30,899 nt of DNA from Pseudomonadota bacterium (GTDB lineage: Bacteria > Cyanobacteriota > Vampirovibrionia > LMEP-6097): positions 1 through 30,899 of the forward strand of contig RFQS01000001.1 in the NCBI GenBank assembly GCA_009924885.1, given 5' to 3'. How positions within the stretch are numbered: position 1 is the stretch's first letter; every line of letters begins with the position of its first letter. Both the position numbers and the translations under genes were made by a program. The notes below the pieces were generated by a model. It was not told the DNA's origin and did not search any database. It was given only the letters and a program-made list of their open reading frames with translations. Positions 1 to 10,907 of this stretch are shown one piece after another.

Positions 1-1
1 C

Positions 2-280
2 ACAGCAAAACTTTACTCTGAGGATTTTGAAGAATTTTCTAAATTATCTCCTGAAGAGAAACATGGCTATGAGATGAAGATAGAGCATGATTTAGGTCCT
101 TCTGTTCCAGCGATTAAAGATATAGTTATAACGACTTTATCAAGGAAGAAAGCGGAAGAAGTTATTGGTTTTGAAAATAAATTAGCTATTAAAACTGAGC
201 TGAAAGAGAATCTAAATCAGGCTTTACATGGTGAATTTAAAATCTATGATATTTATTTCACTGATTTCATAGTGCAATAG
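2..280 (+). CDS. fliL: Flagellar basal body protein FliL, 5'-truncated by the window edge
   Basis: Frame is open from position 2 (the ORF track starts at an internal Met, 74). C-terminus IYDIYFTDFIVQ matches the FliL terminal motif. Lies 7 nt upstream of fliM. Confidence 0.85.
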   Translation, partial: TAKLYSEDFEEFSKLSPEEKHGYEMKIEHDLGPSVPAIKDIVITTLSRKKAEEVIGFENKLAIKTELKENLNQALHGEFKIYDIYFTDFIVQ

Positions 281-287
281 GGGAAAA

Positions 288-2284
<1,997 letters not shown>

Positions 2285-2291
2285 TCATGCT

Positions 2292-2300
2292 ATTCTAGCA
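2292..2300 (-). promoter_or_regulatory. Extended -10 promoter (TG-c-TAGAAT) 7 nt before the ilvC ATG; probable leaderless transcript
   Basis: Minus strand reads tttTGcTAGAATagcatgaATG; no Shine-Dalgarno sequence. Confidence 0.55.
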
Positions 2301-2310
2301 AATTCAGCGT

Positions 2311-3579
2311 TTAAATACTAATCAGATATTGATTTTGAAAATTATTTTTAACCATGCTGTTTACTATCGGTGAAACTTCTGAGATTTCCTGTAGTTCACC
2401 AGAATCCTGATCCTGAACGAAAATCGCTTTCGAGAAATTAGTTTTATCTGGATTATAAAAGCTGTAAGGCTTAGCTGCGATGCTAATTCTATCTATGTAA
2501 TATTCAGGATTCATATCTCTGAGCTTTAATTTTGCAAGAGCATTTTGCTTAAGGCTTTGAAACTCTTCTTCATTATTAAATTGATAGGCTTTAAACAGGT
2601 CTCTATCTAGAAATCTTCTAGCTAGATCTTTGAGAATATTATCTTTTTCATGCACCCAATGTTTAATATGATGCCAAATAGTCGTGTCATCTATTTCGAT
2701 AAAATCTTGAATATCTATATTCATTCCTTTACTAAGCCAGTTAAATAGATTTTGTTCTAGAAAAGCGATCTTCTTGCTGACGAGCAGCAGTTTGACACGC
2801 TCAAAGAGCTTCTTAAACAGAACATCACTCGCTAAGCACTTTTTATGCAGGTAAACTTGAAGATACATGGAATATCTAGCGTAAAGGTAATCCTCGACAG
2901 CGAGACGCCCTTTACCATTAAAGACAGCTAAGCAGTCATGCTCTTTATTTAAGGTAATGCTGCTGATAACTCTCGCTAAATCAAAGTTTCCATAGTTAGT
3001 TCCAGTGAAGTGGCTGTCTCTTAAAAGATAGTCAAAGCGATCAGCATCTATCTGACTGCTTACTATGTTAGATAAAAATTTCACGGGGTGAGTTTTATTT
3101 AATACTGATGAAACCTCGTCTGGTAGGCTACTATCAAAGCTTCTCAAGATTTTATTAATAGCAGTACTACTATCTAAAATAATTCTCTGCGTAAAGTCTT
3201 CATGTCTAATCTCCAAGACCTCTTCGCAGCTATGGCTGAAAGGACCATGCCCGACATCATGTAATAAAGCAGAGACTAAAACTAGAGCTTTATATCTTTC
3301 TAGGGTTTCTGGACTTAAGTCTAGAAGTGAATCAGAAAGCTGCTCGAACATTTTTCTAGCCACATGCATAGTTCCGAGGCTATGCTGAAAACGTGAGCCT
3401 TCTGCACCATGATAAGTGAGCCAGCCAGTGCCAAGCTGTCTTATCCAGCGAAGCCTCTGCATTTCTCTAGTATCTATAAGTCTAATAAGCAGATCTTCTA
3501 CCCTGTCTGCAGAATTTAAAGTGATTTCTTGATGAATAGGATCTCTATAGGTGCGGGACATGATCTCATTTTCTATCAT
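2311..3579 (-). CDS. HD-domain phosphohydrolase, SAMHD1/YwfO-like dNTP triphosphohydrolase family
   Basis: RDPIH, MQRLRWIRQLG, RFQHSLG, LLHDVGHGPFSH, IDADRFDYLLRDS, VYLHK motifs. Start is uncertain (3603, 3579 or 3561); 3579 has a TATACT box 11 nt upstream. Confidence 0.88.
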   Translation of the reverse strand: MIENEIMSRTYRDPIHQEITLNSADRVEDLLIRLIDTREMQRLRWIRQLGTGWLTYHGAEGSRFQHSLGTMHVARKMFEQLSDSLLDLSPETLERYKALVLVSALLHDVGHGPFSHSCEEVLEIRHEDFTQRIILDSSTAINKILRSFDSSLPDEVSSVLNKTHPVKFLSNIVSSQIDADRFDYLLRDSHFTGTNYGNFDLARVISSITLNKEHDCLAVFNGKGRLAVEDYLYARYSMYLQVYLHKKCLASDVLFKKLFERVKLLLVSKKIAFLEQNLFNWLSKGMNIDIQDFIEIDDTTIWHHIKHWVHEKDNILKDLARRFLDRDLFKAYQFNNEEEFQSLKQNALAKLKLRDMNPEYYIDRISIAAKPYSFYNPDKTNFSKAIFVQDQDSGELQEISEVSPIVNSMVKNNFQNQYLISI

Positions 3580-3824
3580 GATGGATTCAGAGTATAAATG
3601 CAAATGTTATAGACATATTATTTTTGGGAATATTATTTTTAAGCTCTTAATGATTTCTTAATAATCCTGTGTTATTATAAAAAATCCAACAAAAGAACCA
3701 AACTAGATGAATGATTCAATGAAGAATTAGTTCAAAATTTGGGGAAAAGTTAAGAAGAGGTTAAAAACTTTTGTCAAATGTAAGAGAAATATACTTTATA
3801 TAGGCAGAGAGGGAAATAATTAAT

Positions 3825-4370
3825 ATGTTCATGGAAGGACCAAAAAAGATATCAGTGGATCTGTCAACGACGACGGGAACTGGATCGGTTAGAAGAGTTT
3901 CGGGAGATGGTGCATCCGCAGCTGAAGGAAAGAATTCTGAAATTCTAAGAAACGGTGCCACTGTAAGTGGTAGTGGAAAACCAGAAGCAGCAGCTGGTCA
4001 AGCTTTGCTTGGAATGATGGCTGGAAATAATATCGTTTCCACTAATGGTTTTTTTAAAGGAAAAATACAAGAAAAAGACTCAGTTAAGGGTGAAGCTACT
4101 ATAGAAACTCATGCGGCAGCTTTTCTTGCAGATGGTCCAGAAGCTCATGGGAAATTTCAAAAATTAATGGAGCTTGCTAGTCGAGGAGCTGAATCTAGTT
4201 CAGGGAAAGTTTCTCCGTGTGAAATAGAACTAGGAAAACAGGCTGTAATGATGCCGCTAGATGGACCAGATGCACAGCTTAGAGCGGTTTTAAGATACGC
4301 TTTTAGTTTGGCTGATAGATTACCAACTGCTGAGGATAGTATCAGACTATTTAAAGAAAGTAATCATTAA
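3825..4370 (+). CDS. Hypothetical protein (181 aa) with S/T/G/A-rich, probably disordered N-terminus
   Basis: Fills a gap between recognised genes and has a purine-rich SD (GAGAGGGA) upstream; no family recognised. Confidence 0.75.
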   Translation: MFMEGPKKISVDLSTTTGTGSVRRVSGDGASAAEGKNSEILRNGATVSGSGKPEAAAGQALLGMMAGNNIVSTNGFFKGKIQEKDSVKGEATIETHAAAFLADGPEAHGKFQKLMELASRGAESSSGKVSPCEIELGKQAVMMPLDGPDAQLRAVLRYAFSLADRLPTAEDSIRLFKESNH

Positions 4371-4440
4371 ATAGTTTGAAAAATTAATTACTAAAAATAT
4401 ACCAAACATAAATGAGGACGACAAAAACGCAGTTATACCG

Positions 4441-4474
4441 TGTTCTCTGATATAATATTTCCGCAACGAGAACA
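4441..4474 (+). promoter_or_regulatory. Extended -10 promoter (TG-a-TATAAT, 4448-4456) flanked by the inverted repeat TGTTCTC...GAGAACA; probable AbiEi operator
   Basis: Arms at 4441-4447 and 4468-4474 are exact reverse complements, 21 nt upstream of the abiEi ATG. AbiEi antitoxins are known to autorepress through promoter inverted repeats. Confidence 0.6.
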
Positions 4475-4495
4475 ATATTACCCGTTACAGAAATA

Positions 4496-5131
4496 ATGAA
4501 GTTTGAAGAATTTAATCGATTAAATTTTAAAAATCGTATTTTCACCATGCAGAGTATGGAGTTACTTGGTTATGATCGGGAAACTTTACGCAGGCAGATT
4601 CAGAACTGGATTAAGCAGGGTCATGTTATACAGTTAAAGAAAGGCTTATATGCTTATTTAGGCTTAGAGAAAAATAAATTATTTTCAAATTTTTATGTAG
4701 CTTCGTTACTTTATGGTGATAATTCATATATTAGTTTAGAATCTGCGATGAGTTTTTATGAATTAATTCCTGAAAGGGTTTTCCAAGTTAGTTTAGTGAG
4801 TACCAGTAAAACAAAAACTTTTACAAATGATCTGACTAGTTTTAACTACAAACACATTAAGCCTAATTTGTTTGATTATTTTATTAATCAAATAGATGAA
4901 TTTGGTGCTGTTTATAAAGTTGCTTATCCTGAAAAAGCTCTTCTAGATTACATTTACTTTAAAGTTAAAGCGAATCAAAATATTAATGAAGATTTTTTTG
5001 AAGAAAATTTAAGATTACAGAATATAGAAATTCTAAAAATATCACGCTTAAAAGAATTAGAAGAACTATTCAAGATGAAAAAAATCTCTCAAGCTGTGGC
5101 AGTTTTAGAAAGGATTTTAAAAAATGCTTAG
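4496..5131 (+). CDS. abiEi: Type IV toxin-antitoxin antitoxin, AbiEi family (N-terminal wHTH)
   Basis: wHTH-like start with VIQLKKGLY, then SYISLESAMSFYELIPE and YPEKALLDYIY, typical of AbiEi-like proteins; overlaps the toxin gene by 8 nt. Confidence 0.88.
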   Translation: MKFEEFNRLNFKNRIFTMQSMELLGYDRETLRRQIQNWIKQGHVIQLKKGLYAYLGLEKNKLFSNFYVASLLYGDNSYISLESAMSFYELIPERVFQVSLVSTSKTKTFTNDLTSFNYKHIKPNLFDYFINQIDEFGAVYKVAYPEKALLDYIYFKVKANQNINEDFFEENLRLQNIEILKISRLKELEELFKMKKISQAVAVLERILKNA

Positions 5132-5912
5132 CCTTTTAAAAAATCAAATACAAAAATATTCTACTGATGAAGAGAAGTTTAATTATCTAAGAGAACTTAT
5201 TCAAATTCAAACCTTGAAAATAATAGACCAGCAGGGTTTTTCAAAGGATATTGCTTTTGTTGGAGGAACAGCTTTAAGAATTCTGTACGATTTAAATCGT
5301 TTTTCGGAAGATTTAGATTTTAGCTTAATTAATACAGAAAATTTTGATTTTGAAAATATGCTTGATCAGCTCTGTAAGCGCTTCTTGCTGCTAAATATTA
5401 ATCTGAAAATAAATTCAAAGACTAAAAATAATGTTTACATAGCTCAACTAAAATTTGAAAAGCTTCTCTATGAGCTAGGTTTGAGTTCTTTAGCTGAACA
5501 GAAATTATATATAAAACTAGAATTAGATATAAACCCACCAGAGGGAGCAGATTTGGAATACACTATGCAAGAAGGTTTCTTCGGTATTAGACATTATGAT
5601 TTATCAAGTTTATATGCTGGTAAACTTCATGCCATTTTGCACCGTAGATATACGAAGGGTAGAGATTACTATGATTTAATGTGGTACTTAACCAAGAAGG
5701 TTAAACCTAATTTACTTTTACTAAATAATGCTATAACCCAAAGTACAGGCAAAAAATCTAAGCTAGATATGGCAAGTCTTAAAACCTCTTTAATAAAGCG
5801 TCTGCACGAAACTAATTTCAAGGAAGTACATTCTGATTTAGAAAGTTTTGTGCAGGACCCACTGGAGCTAAGGGCTTTAAACCAGGATAATTTTTTAACT
5901 CTTCTATGCTAA
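5124..5912 (+). CDS. abiEii: Type IV TA toxin, AbiEii nucleotidyltransferase
   Basis: FVGGTALRILYDLNRFSEDLDFS nucleotidyltransferase signature; later GKLHAIL and KGRDYYDL motifs. Confidence 0.92.
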   Translation: MLSLLKNQIQKYSTDEEKFNYLRELIQIQTLKIIDQQGFSKDIAFVGGTALRILYDLNRFSEDLDFSLINTENFDFENMLDQLCKRFLLLNINLKINSKTKNNVYIAQLKFEKLLYELGLSSLAEQKLYIKLELDINPPEGADLEYTMQEGFFGIRHYDLSSLYAGKLHAILHRRYTKGRDYYDLMWYLTKKVKPNLLLLNNAITQSTGKKSKLDMASLKTSLIKRLHETNFKEVHSDLESFVQDPLELRALNQDNFLTLLC

Positions 5913-6946
5913 AATCCTTCGCTAGTGATAACTATTCTGGGATTCACCCAAAAATTTTGGATGCTATCGTAAAAGCTAATTTAGCTCATGCTCCGGCTTA
6001 TGGTGCTGATGAGCTTACTCAGGTATCTATAACTAAATTTAAAGAGCAGTTCGGTTCTGATAGAGAAATTTTCTTAGTCTTTAATGGTACTGCCGCTAAT
6101 GTCCTTGGACTCGCCTCAGTTACAGACTCTTATAATTCTATAATCTGTACAGAAAGTTCTCATCTTTATGTAGACGAATGTGGCGCGCCAGAGTTCTTTA
6201 CTGGAGCTAAACTTATTACTATTAAAACCACAGATGGTAAGCTCACAGCAGCACTTATTAAGCCACATTTAACAGGCTTCGATAATCAGCATAATTCCCA
6301 GCCTAAAGTTATTTCTATTGCTAATTCTACAGAATTAGGAACTGTTTATAAACCTGATGAGATCAAGGTTTTAGCTGATTTGGCGCATGAACATGGCATG
6401 CTGTTACATTTAGATGGTGCAAGACTATCAAATGCTACTGCTAGCCTAGGTCTTAGTCTAAGAGAAATAAGTTTTGATTTAGGTGTAGATTTACTATCCT
6501 TCGGTGGTACTAAGAATGGCATGTTACTAGGCGAGGCGATTATCTTTAAGGATGCTAGTCTAGCAGAGGGTTTTAAATACAGAAGAAAGCAAGGAATGCA
6601 GCTCGCTTCTAAAATGCGTTTCATCTCGGCTCAGTTTCTAGAACTGTTATCGAATGATCTTTACCTAGAGAACGCTAAGCAAGCTAATAAAATGGCTAAG
6701 CTCTTAGCTGAAAAAATTAAAGATATTCCTGATTTAGAAATAGTTTATGCGGTGGAAGCTAATGGAGTTTTCGTGAAACTGCCTCGTGAATTAGTGGACA
6801 GGCTTCAGGCGAAGCATTCATTTTATATTTGGAGTGAAGCTGAACCTATAGTTAGGTGGATGTGTTCGTTTGATACTTGTGAAAAGGATATAGAGGATTT
6901 TGTTCAGGATATCTTGGGGTGTAGCGAAACTTCAGTTTCTGCGTAG
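5906..6946 (+). CDS. ltaE: Low-specificity L-threonine aldolase (PLP)
   Basis: SFASDNYSGIHP, VFNGTAAN, HLYVDECGAPE, LHLDGARL, SFGGTKNG (PLP lysine), KQGMQLASKMRF motifs. Confidence 0.93.
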   Translation: MLKSFASDNYSGIHPKILDAIVKANLAHAPAYGADELTQVSITKFKEQFGSDREIFLVFNGTAANVLGLASVTDSYNSIICTESSHLYVDECGAPEFFTGAKLITIKTTDGKLTAALIKPHLTGFDNQHNSQPKVISIANSTELGTVYKPDEIKVLADLAHEHGMLLHLDGARLSNATASLGLSLREISFDLGVDLLSFGGTKNGMLLGEAIIFKDASLAEGFKYRRKQGMQLASKMRFISAQFLELLSNDLYLENAKQANKMAKLLAEKIKDIPDLEIVYAVEANGVFVKLPRELVDRLQAKHSFYIWSEAEPIVRWMCSFDTCEKDIEDFVQDILGCSETSVSA

Positions 6947-8611
6947 GTGAGAATCGTAAAAATATGTCTGTGCCACTGGCAGCACCGTCATCAACAGATA
7001 ATTTAAAACATGAGCCTGATCTATAAAAGTTATAGACAGTAAATGCCCGAGGCTTAAAGCGAAACACAAGCGAGGATGAGATATCGCTGCGAAAGGTAAA
7101 AGGGAAATTAAATACCAGGAATGAAATTTAGGACTAATTATTAAAAGTAAAACAGCATAAACCACGCTGAGGCTTTTAAGAAAATCTAAATCACTCTTCT
7201 TATCTGCCTTGGAGAAAAAGAGTTTAAAAAATATATAAGCATAAAACAAGGCATACGCCGCCAGTGAGATTAAAACAGCTGACCTAGGTAAATCTGTTTT
7301 AGTGATTAATTTAAATACTGTGTTAACCACATCGAAAAGTGATTTATGAAAGAGAGTCGCATTATTAGAGATCTCTGTATAATCGATGTTAAATAAATTA
7401 AAATACTGAGAAGAAAAATAGAAGCAGAGAATACCTGTAATTAAGCCGTAATAAGGTATATAGCGTGCCCTTTTCCAAATCCACAGTAACAGTAAGGGTA
7501 TTAAAATAATCGTTATATATTTTACTAAGACGGAAAGGATTAGAAGGCAAATGGCTAGATTAATACCAAGATATTTAGGTTTGAGAAATTTAAATAGAAC
7601 ACGGGACTGCTTGCCATCTACAGTTTCTGCGTTTTCTTCTGATGATAAAGCTTTTACCGTGAAAAATACTGGGGCGAAGGCTAATACGGCTAAAAGCAGG
7701 TCATTATGACCATTCCAGAGACCTTGAATAATTAACAGAGGGTTTAAAGCTACGAGATGCCATACTCTATCTGCGTTCCAGATCTTCGTCTTTTGAGAAG
7801 AATCTGCTATTCCCTCTCTAAGAAAGTATTTCAAAGTATGATGAAAGATATAAATAAGTAATAAATAACAGATGAAATTAAATATCTTAAAAATAAAAAA
7901 GCTAAGCCATAGATTATTCCAAGATATACTAACAAAAAATTTACAAATTAAAGTAAAGACTGGACCATATGGTGATGGATTATACTCCCAGCGCATATTT
8001 CCCAATAGTGGATCTAAACGCCAGTTTTCTATATTCGCTAAAATTTCGCTATAGGGGTTCTGATTATAGTGAACTATCTGCTCACCAAAAGAGATATAGC
8101 CAAATATATCAGAAGAATTAGCTGGTAACATAAGCGTGGAGATAAAAGCGATGGCGATTAACCAAGAAAGATCATTCTGAGACGGGGTTTGTTTTTCTGT
8201 AAAGGATTTAAATTTAGGGACATTAAAATCAGGAAATACAGTCTTAAAGAAAATAAAGCCATAAATTATTACGAAAACCAGCATGGATAAATGGTTAAGG
8301 ACTTGATAGCCAGAAGGTATGTGCAGGTCATTCAAGCAGATTAGCCAAGAGGGAAATTCTGCGAGGCTAAAATTATTAATTACTTGGTTTTTAACTTGCT
8401 CTAATGGAACGGGCAAGAAAAAACTTTTTTGGACGAAATAGCCGAGTTTACTATCTTGAGCTGCTATAAACCAAGCTAACCATGAAATGGCAGCGATTAA
8501 AGTTTGAAAAATAAATAATAATCTGAGAATTTTTTGTCTCCCTGTCTTCGATAGTCTATTATACTCATAGAGACCGCTGCACGACGTACAGAGGTTTTTA
8601 TGAGTTATCAT
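6932..8611 (-). CDS. Multi-pass GT-C membrane glycosyltransferase (polyprenyl-P-sugar dependent, MptA/MptB/GT87-like)
   Basis: Many hydrophobic helices plus SSDIFGY, PSPYGP, NPLLII...GHND, SVLVKY, FHSWY motifs. Start ATG 8611 is preferred because TG-c-TATTTT lies 7 nt upstream. Confidence 0.75.
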   Translation of the reverse strand: MITHKNLCTSCSGLYEYNRLSKTGRQKILRLLFIFQTLIAAISWLAWFIAAQDSKLGYFVQKSFFLPVPLEQVKNQVINNFSLAEFPSWLICLNDLHIPSGYQVLNHLSMLVFVIIYGFIFFKTVFPDFNVPKFKSFTEKQTPSQNDLSWLIAIAFISTLMLPANSSDIFGYISFGEQIVHYNQNPYSEILANIENWRLDPLLGNMRWEYNPSPYGPVFTLICKFFVSISWNNLWLSFFIFKIFNFICYLLLIYIFHHTLKYFLREGIADSSQKTKIWNADRVWHLVALNPLLIIQGLWNGHNDLLLAVLAFAPVFFTVKALSSEENAETVDGKQSRVLFKFLKPKYLGINLAICLLILSVLVKYITIILIPLLLLWIWKRARYIPYYGLITGILCFYFSSQYFNLFNIDYTEISNNATLFHKSLFDVVNTVFKLITKTDLPRSAVLISLAAYALFYAYIFFKLFFSKADKKSDLDFLKSLSVVYAVLLLIISPKFHSWYLISLLPFAAISHPRLCFALSLGHLLSITFIDQAHVLNYLLMTVLPVAQTYFYDSHLRRN

Positions 8612-8612
8612 T

Positions 8613-9545
8613 GTGACCAAAATAGCAGTAGTAGTACCTTGTTATAACGAAGAAGAAGTCCTTTCGGAGACAGCTTCTTGCCTTTTAGATTTATTAAAAG
8701 AATTAATTAGAGCAGCTAAAATATCAGATTCTAGTTTTATTTGTTTTGTGGATGATGGCAGTGCCGATAGAACTTGGTCTCAGATTCAAGATTTAAGTAA
8801 AGAAACGCAGCATATTAAAGGTATTAAACTTTCAAATAACTGCGGGCATCAAAATGCTTTACTTGCTGGTTTATTTAGTGTCGATGCTGATGCAGTAATC
8901 AGTATAGATGCTGATTTACAAGATGATATTAATGTTATTCGTGAAATGTTAGATAACTATTTACAGGGCGACCAGATCGTTTATGCGGCACGAAAACAGA
9001 GAGACTCAGACTCATTTTTTAAAAGAACTACAGCACAGCTATTTTATGGCTTAATGAATTTTCTTGGAACTAAAACCATTTATAATCATGCAGATTATAG
9101 GCTGATGAGTAGAAGAGCGATTCAGGCTTTAAAAGAATTTCGTGAGATAAATATGTTTTTAAGAGGAGTAATTCCTTTGATCGGTTTTAAGCATTCGATA
9201 GTCTACTATGATAGGTTGAAACGCTTTGCTGGTGAGTCAAAATACCCACTAAATAAAATGCTTTCCTTTGCGTGGAATGGTGTAACTTCTTTCTCTGTAA
9301 TGCCTTTACGTCTTATAAGCGGTTTAGGCTTTCTTTCTATTCTTGCTTCAGTGGGAATAGGTCTCTGGGCTTTATATTCGAAGCTTTTCGGTGAAGTAGT
9401 CCCAGGTTGGGCTTCTATTATAATTTCTATTTATTTTATAGGTGGTGTTCAGTTACTGTGTTTCGGCATACTCGGCGAATATATCGGTAAGCTTTATCAG
9501 GAAGTTAAGGATAGACCACGTTATTTTATTGAGCTGGAAGTTTAA
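8613..9545 (+). CDS. GtrB/YfdH-like GT2 glycosyltransferase (polyprenyl-phosphate glycosyltransferase)
   Basis: VVVPCYNEE, FVDDGSAD, NCGHQNALLAG, IDADLQDD, DYRLMSR, two C-terminal TM helices, GILGEYIGKLYQEVKDRPRY. Confidence 0.92.
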   Translation: MTKIAVVVPCYNEEEVLSETASCLLDLLKELIRAAKISDSSFICFVDDGSADRTWSQIQDLSKETQHIKGIKLSNNCGHQNALLAGLFSVDADAVISIDADLQDDINVIREMLDNYLQGDQIVYAARKQRDSDSFFKRTTAQLFYGLMNFLGTKTIYNHADYRLMSRRAIQALKEFREINMFLRGVIPLIGFKHSIVYYDRLKRFAGESKYPLNKMLSFAWNGVTSFSVMPLRLISGLGFLSILASVGIGLWALYSKLFGEVVPGWASIIISIYFIGGVQLLCFGILGEYIGKLYQEVKDRPRYFIELEV

Positions 9546-9580
9546 AGAAACTGCTCGCAAAGGCATAAGTTCAAGTCTTT

Positions 9581-10837
9581 TCAGCCTAAATATCCCAAAG
9601 GAATACCTAAAATATTTTCTTTAAAAAAACTGATTCTATCACCACGATAGAAAACTATTCCGAAGGGTACTTTAGTTCCTTCAGCTTCCATAAAGCTTTC
9701 TAAGCTTTTTAATTCATAGCTATTTATTATAGCTGCTGCTTTTACTTCTATCGGATAAAGCCTTTCACCATAACTCAAAATAAAATCCACTTCAGCACCG
9801 TTGTTTGTTCGCCAGAAATATAAATCTACTTTAGGACTCATATCTTTAGCTTCTTTATGTAATTCACTATAGACAAAGGTTTCAAGTATATGGCCCCAGC
9901 CACCTCGATTTAACATTGAATCTAGGTCAACGTTTCTTTGGTGAAAGTTTACTAATCCCGTATCAGTGTAAAAGATTTTAGGGCTTTTAATTAATTGTTT
10001 ACGCTGCTTTGAAAAATAGGCTGGCAGAGTTTTACACTGATACGATGATTCTAATATCGATAGATAGTGCTTTACGGTTTTAGAATCTATTCCAGTGTCA
10101 CTTGCAATATTGCTGAGGTTAAGAATTTGAGCTGTTTGATAGGCAAATAATTTATAAACTTTCTGAAAATTATCTAAATTCCCAATCTGTGATAGATCAC
10201 GTAAATCTCTTTCGATGTAAGTACTAATATAGCGATCAAACCACTTTAGTTTCTGTTCAGGCTTTAACTCAATAAGTTTAGGAAAACCTCCATGAAGAAT
10301 GAAATTCATTAATTTTTTATCAGAAATTTTTTCTAGTTGACTATTCGTAAGTGTTTCATAGAGATCTTTTACTGAGTGGTTTTTAATGATTTTATGTATT
10401 AATGAATTTGATTTATATTCATAAGCTTCAGCAATTGAAAAAGCTTGAAGTTCTAAAAGACCGACCCTACCAGCAAGAGATTCAGTAATAGATTTTAGTA
10501 ATAAAAAATTAGCTGAACCAGAAAGAATAATCTTATGTTTTAATCCTGCGTCTACCACTTGCTTTAAAGCATGAAATAACTCTGGAGCTTTTTGTGCTTC
10601 GTCTATGGCGATATTTGAATTTATTGAATGGGCGAAAAGAGCGGGATCTTCCTTTATTCTTAAAAGTATTTCTCTATCATCTAAGGAAATATAGGACCAA
10701 GGTATTTTTTTTTTACTGATGTAATGCTTAATGAGAGTAGACTTACCAGATTGACGAGGACCAGTTAGTGAAACGATTGGGAATATCTCGAAAAGATCAT
10801 CTATCTCAGATTCAATAAATCTTTTTCTATACTCCAT
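9581..10837 (-). CDS. AAA_14 ATPase with wHTH and C-terminal DUF4143 (PD-(D/E)xK-like) domain
   Basis: Walker A GPRQSGKS, Walker B IAIDEAQK, LSGSA, ESLAGR, GGFP, KSPKIFYTDTG, EVDFIL...PIEVK. Confidence 0.92.
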   Translation of the reverse strand: MEYRKRFIESEIDDLFEIFPIVSLTGPRQSGKSTLIKHYISKKKIPWSYISLDDREILLRIKEDPALFAHSINSNIAIDEAQKAPELFHALKQVVDAGLKHKIILSGSANFLLLKSITESLAGRVGLLELQAFSIAEAYEYKSNSLIHKIIKNHSVKDLYETLTNSQLEKISDKKLMNFILHGGFPKLIELKPEQKLKWFDRYISTYIERDLRDLSQIGNLDNFQKVYKLFAYQTAQILNLSNIASDTGIDSKTVKHYLSILESSYQCKTLPAYFSKQRKQLIKSPKIFYTDTGLVNFHQRNVDLDSMLNRGGWGHILETFVYSELHKEAKDMSPKVDLYFWRTNNGAEVDFILSYGERLYPIEVKAAAIINSYELKSLESFMEAEGTKVPFGIVFYRGDRISFFKENILGIPLGYLG

Positions 10838-10849
10838 AGAATTAATTTA

Positions 10850-10906
10850 CCATATAATTTCGGAATCTAACTCCAGAATTATATGGCGCTTTAGGGTGAT
10901 TTTCAA
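10850..10906 (-). promoter_or_regulatory. Sigma70-type promoter TTGAAA-N17-TATAAT whose -10 box lies within a 37-bp palindrome (candidate operator)
   Basis: -35 at 10906-10901 and -10 at 10883-10878. Perfect 10-bp arms CCATATAATT (10850-10859) and AATTATATGG (10877-10886), plus an inner GGA/TCC pair. Confidence 0.7.
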
Positions 10907-10907
10907 G

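Noticed and set aside
3745-3772. Inverted repeat AAAAGTT-N14-AACTTTT upstream of the orphan gene
   Set aside because: Seven mostly A/T bases in very AT-rich DNA is within chance expectation; no supporting promoter context.
4371-10907. A mobile island spanning AbiE to the DUF4143 ATPase
   Set aside because: No integrase, transposase, tRNA or flanking direct repeat seen, and ordinary genes are interleaved.
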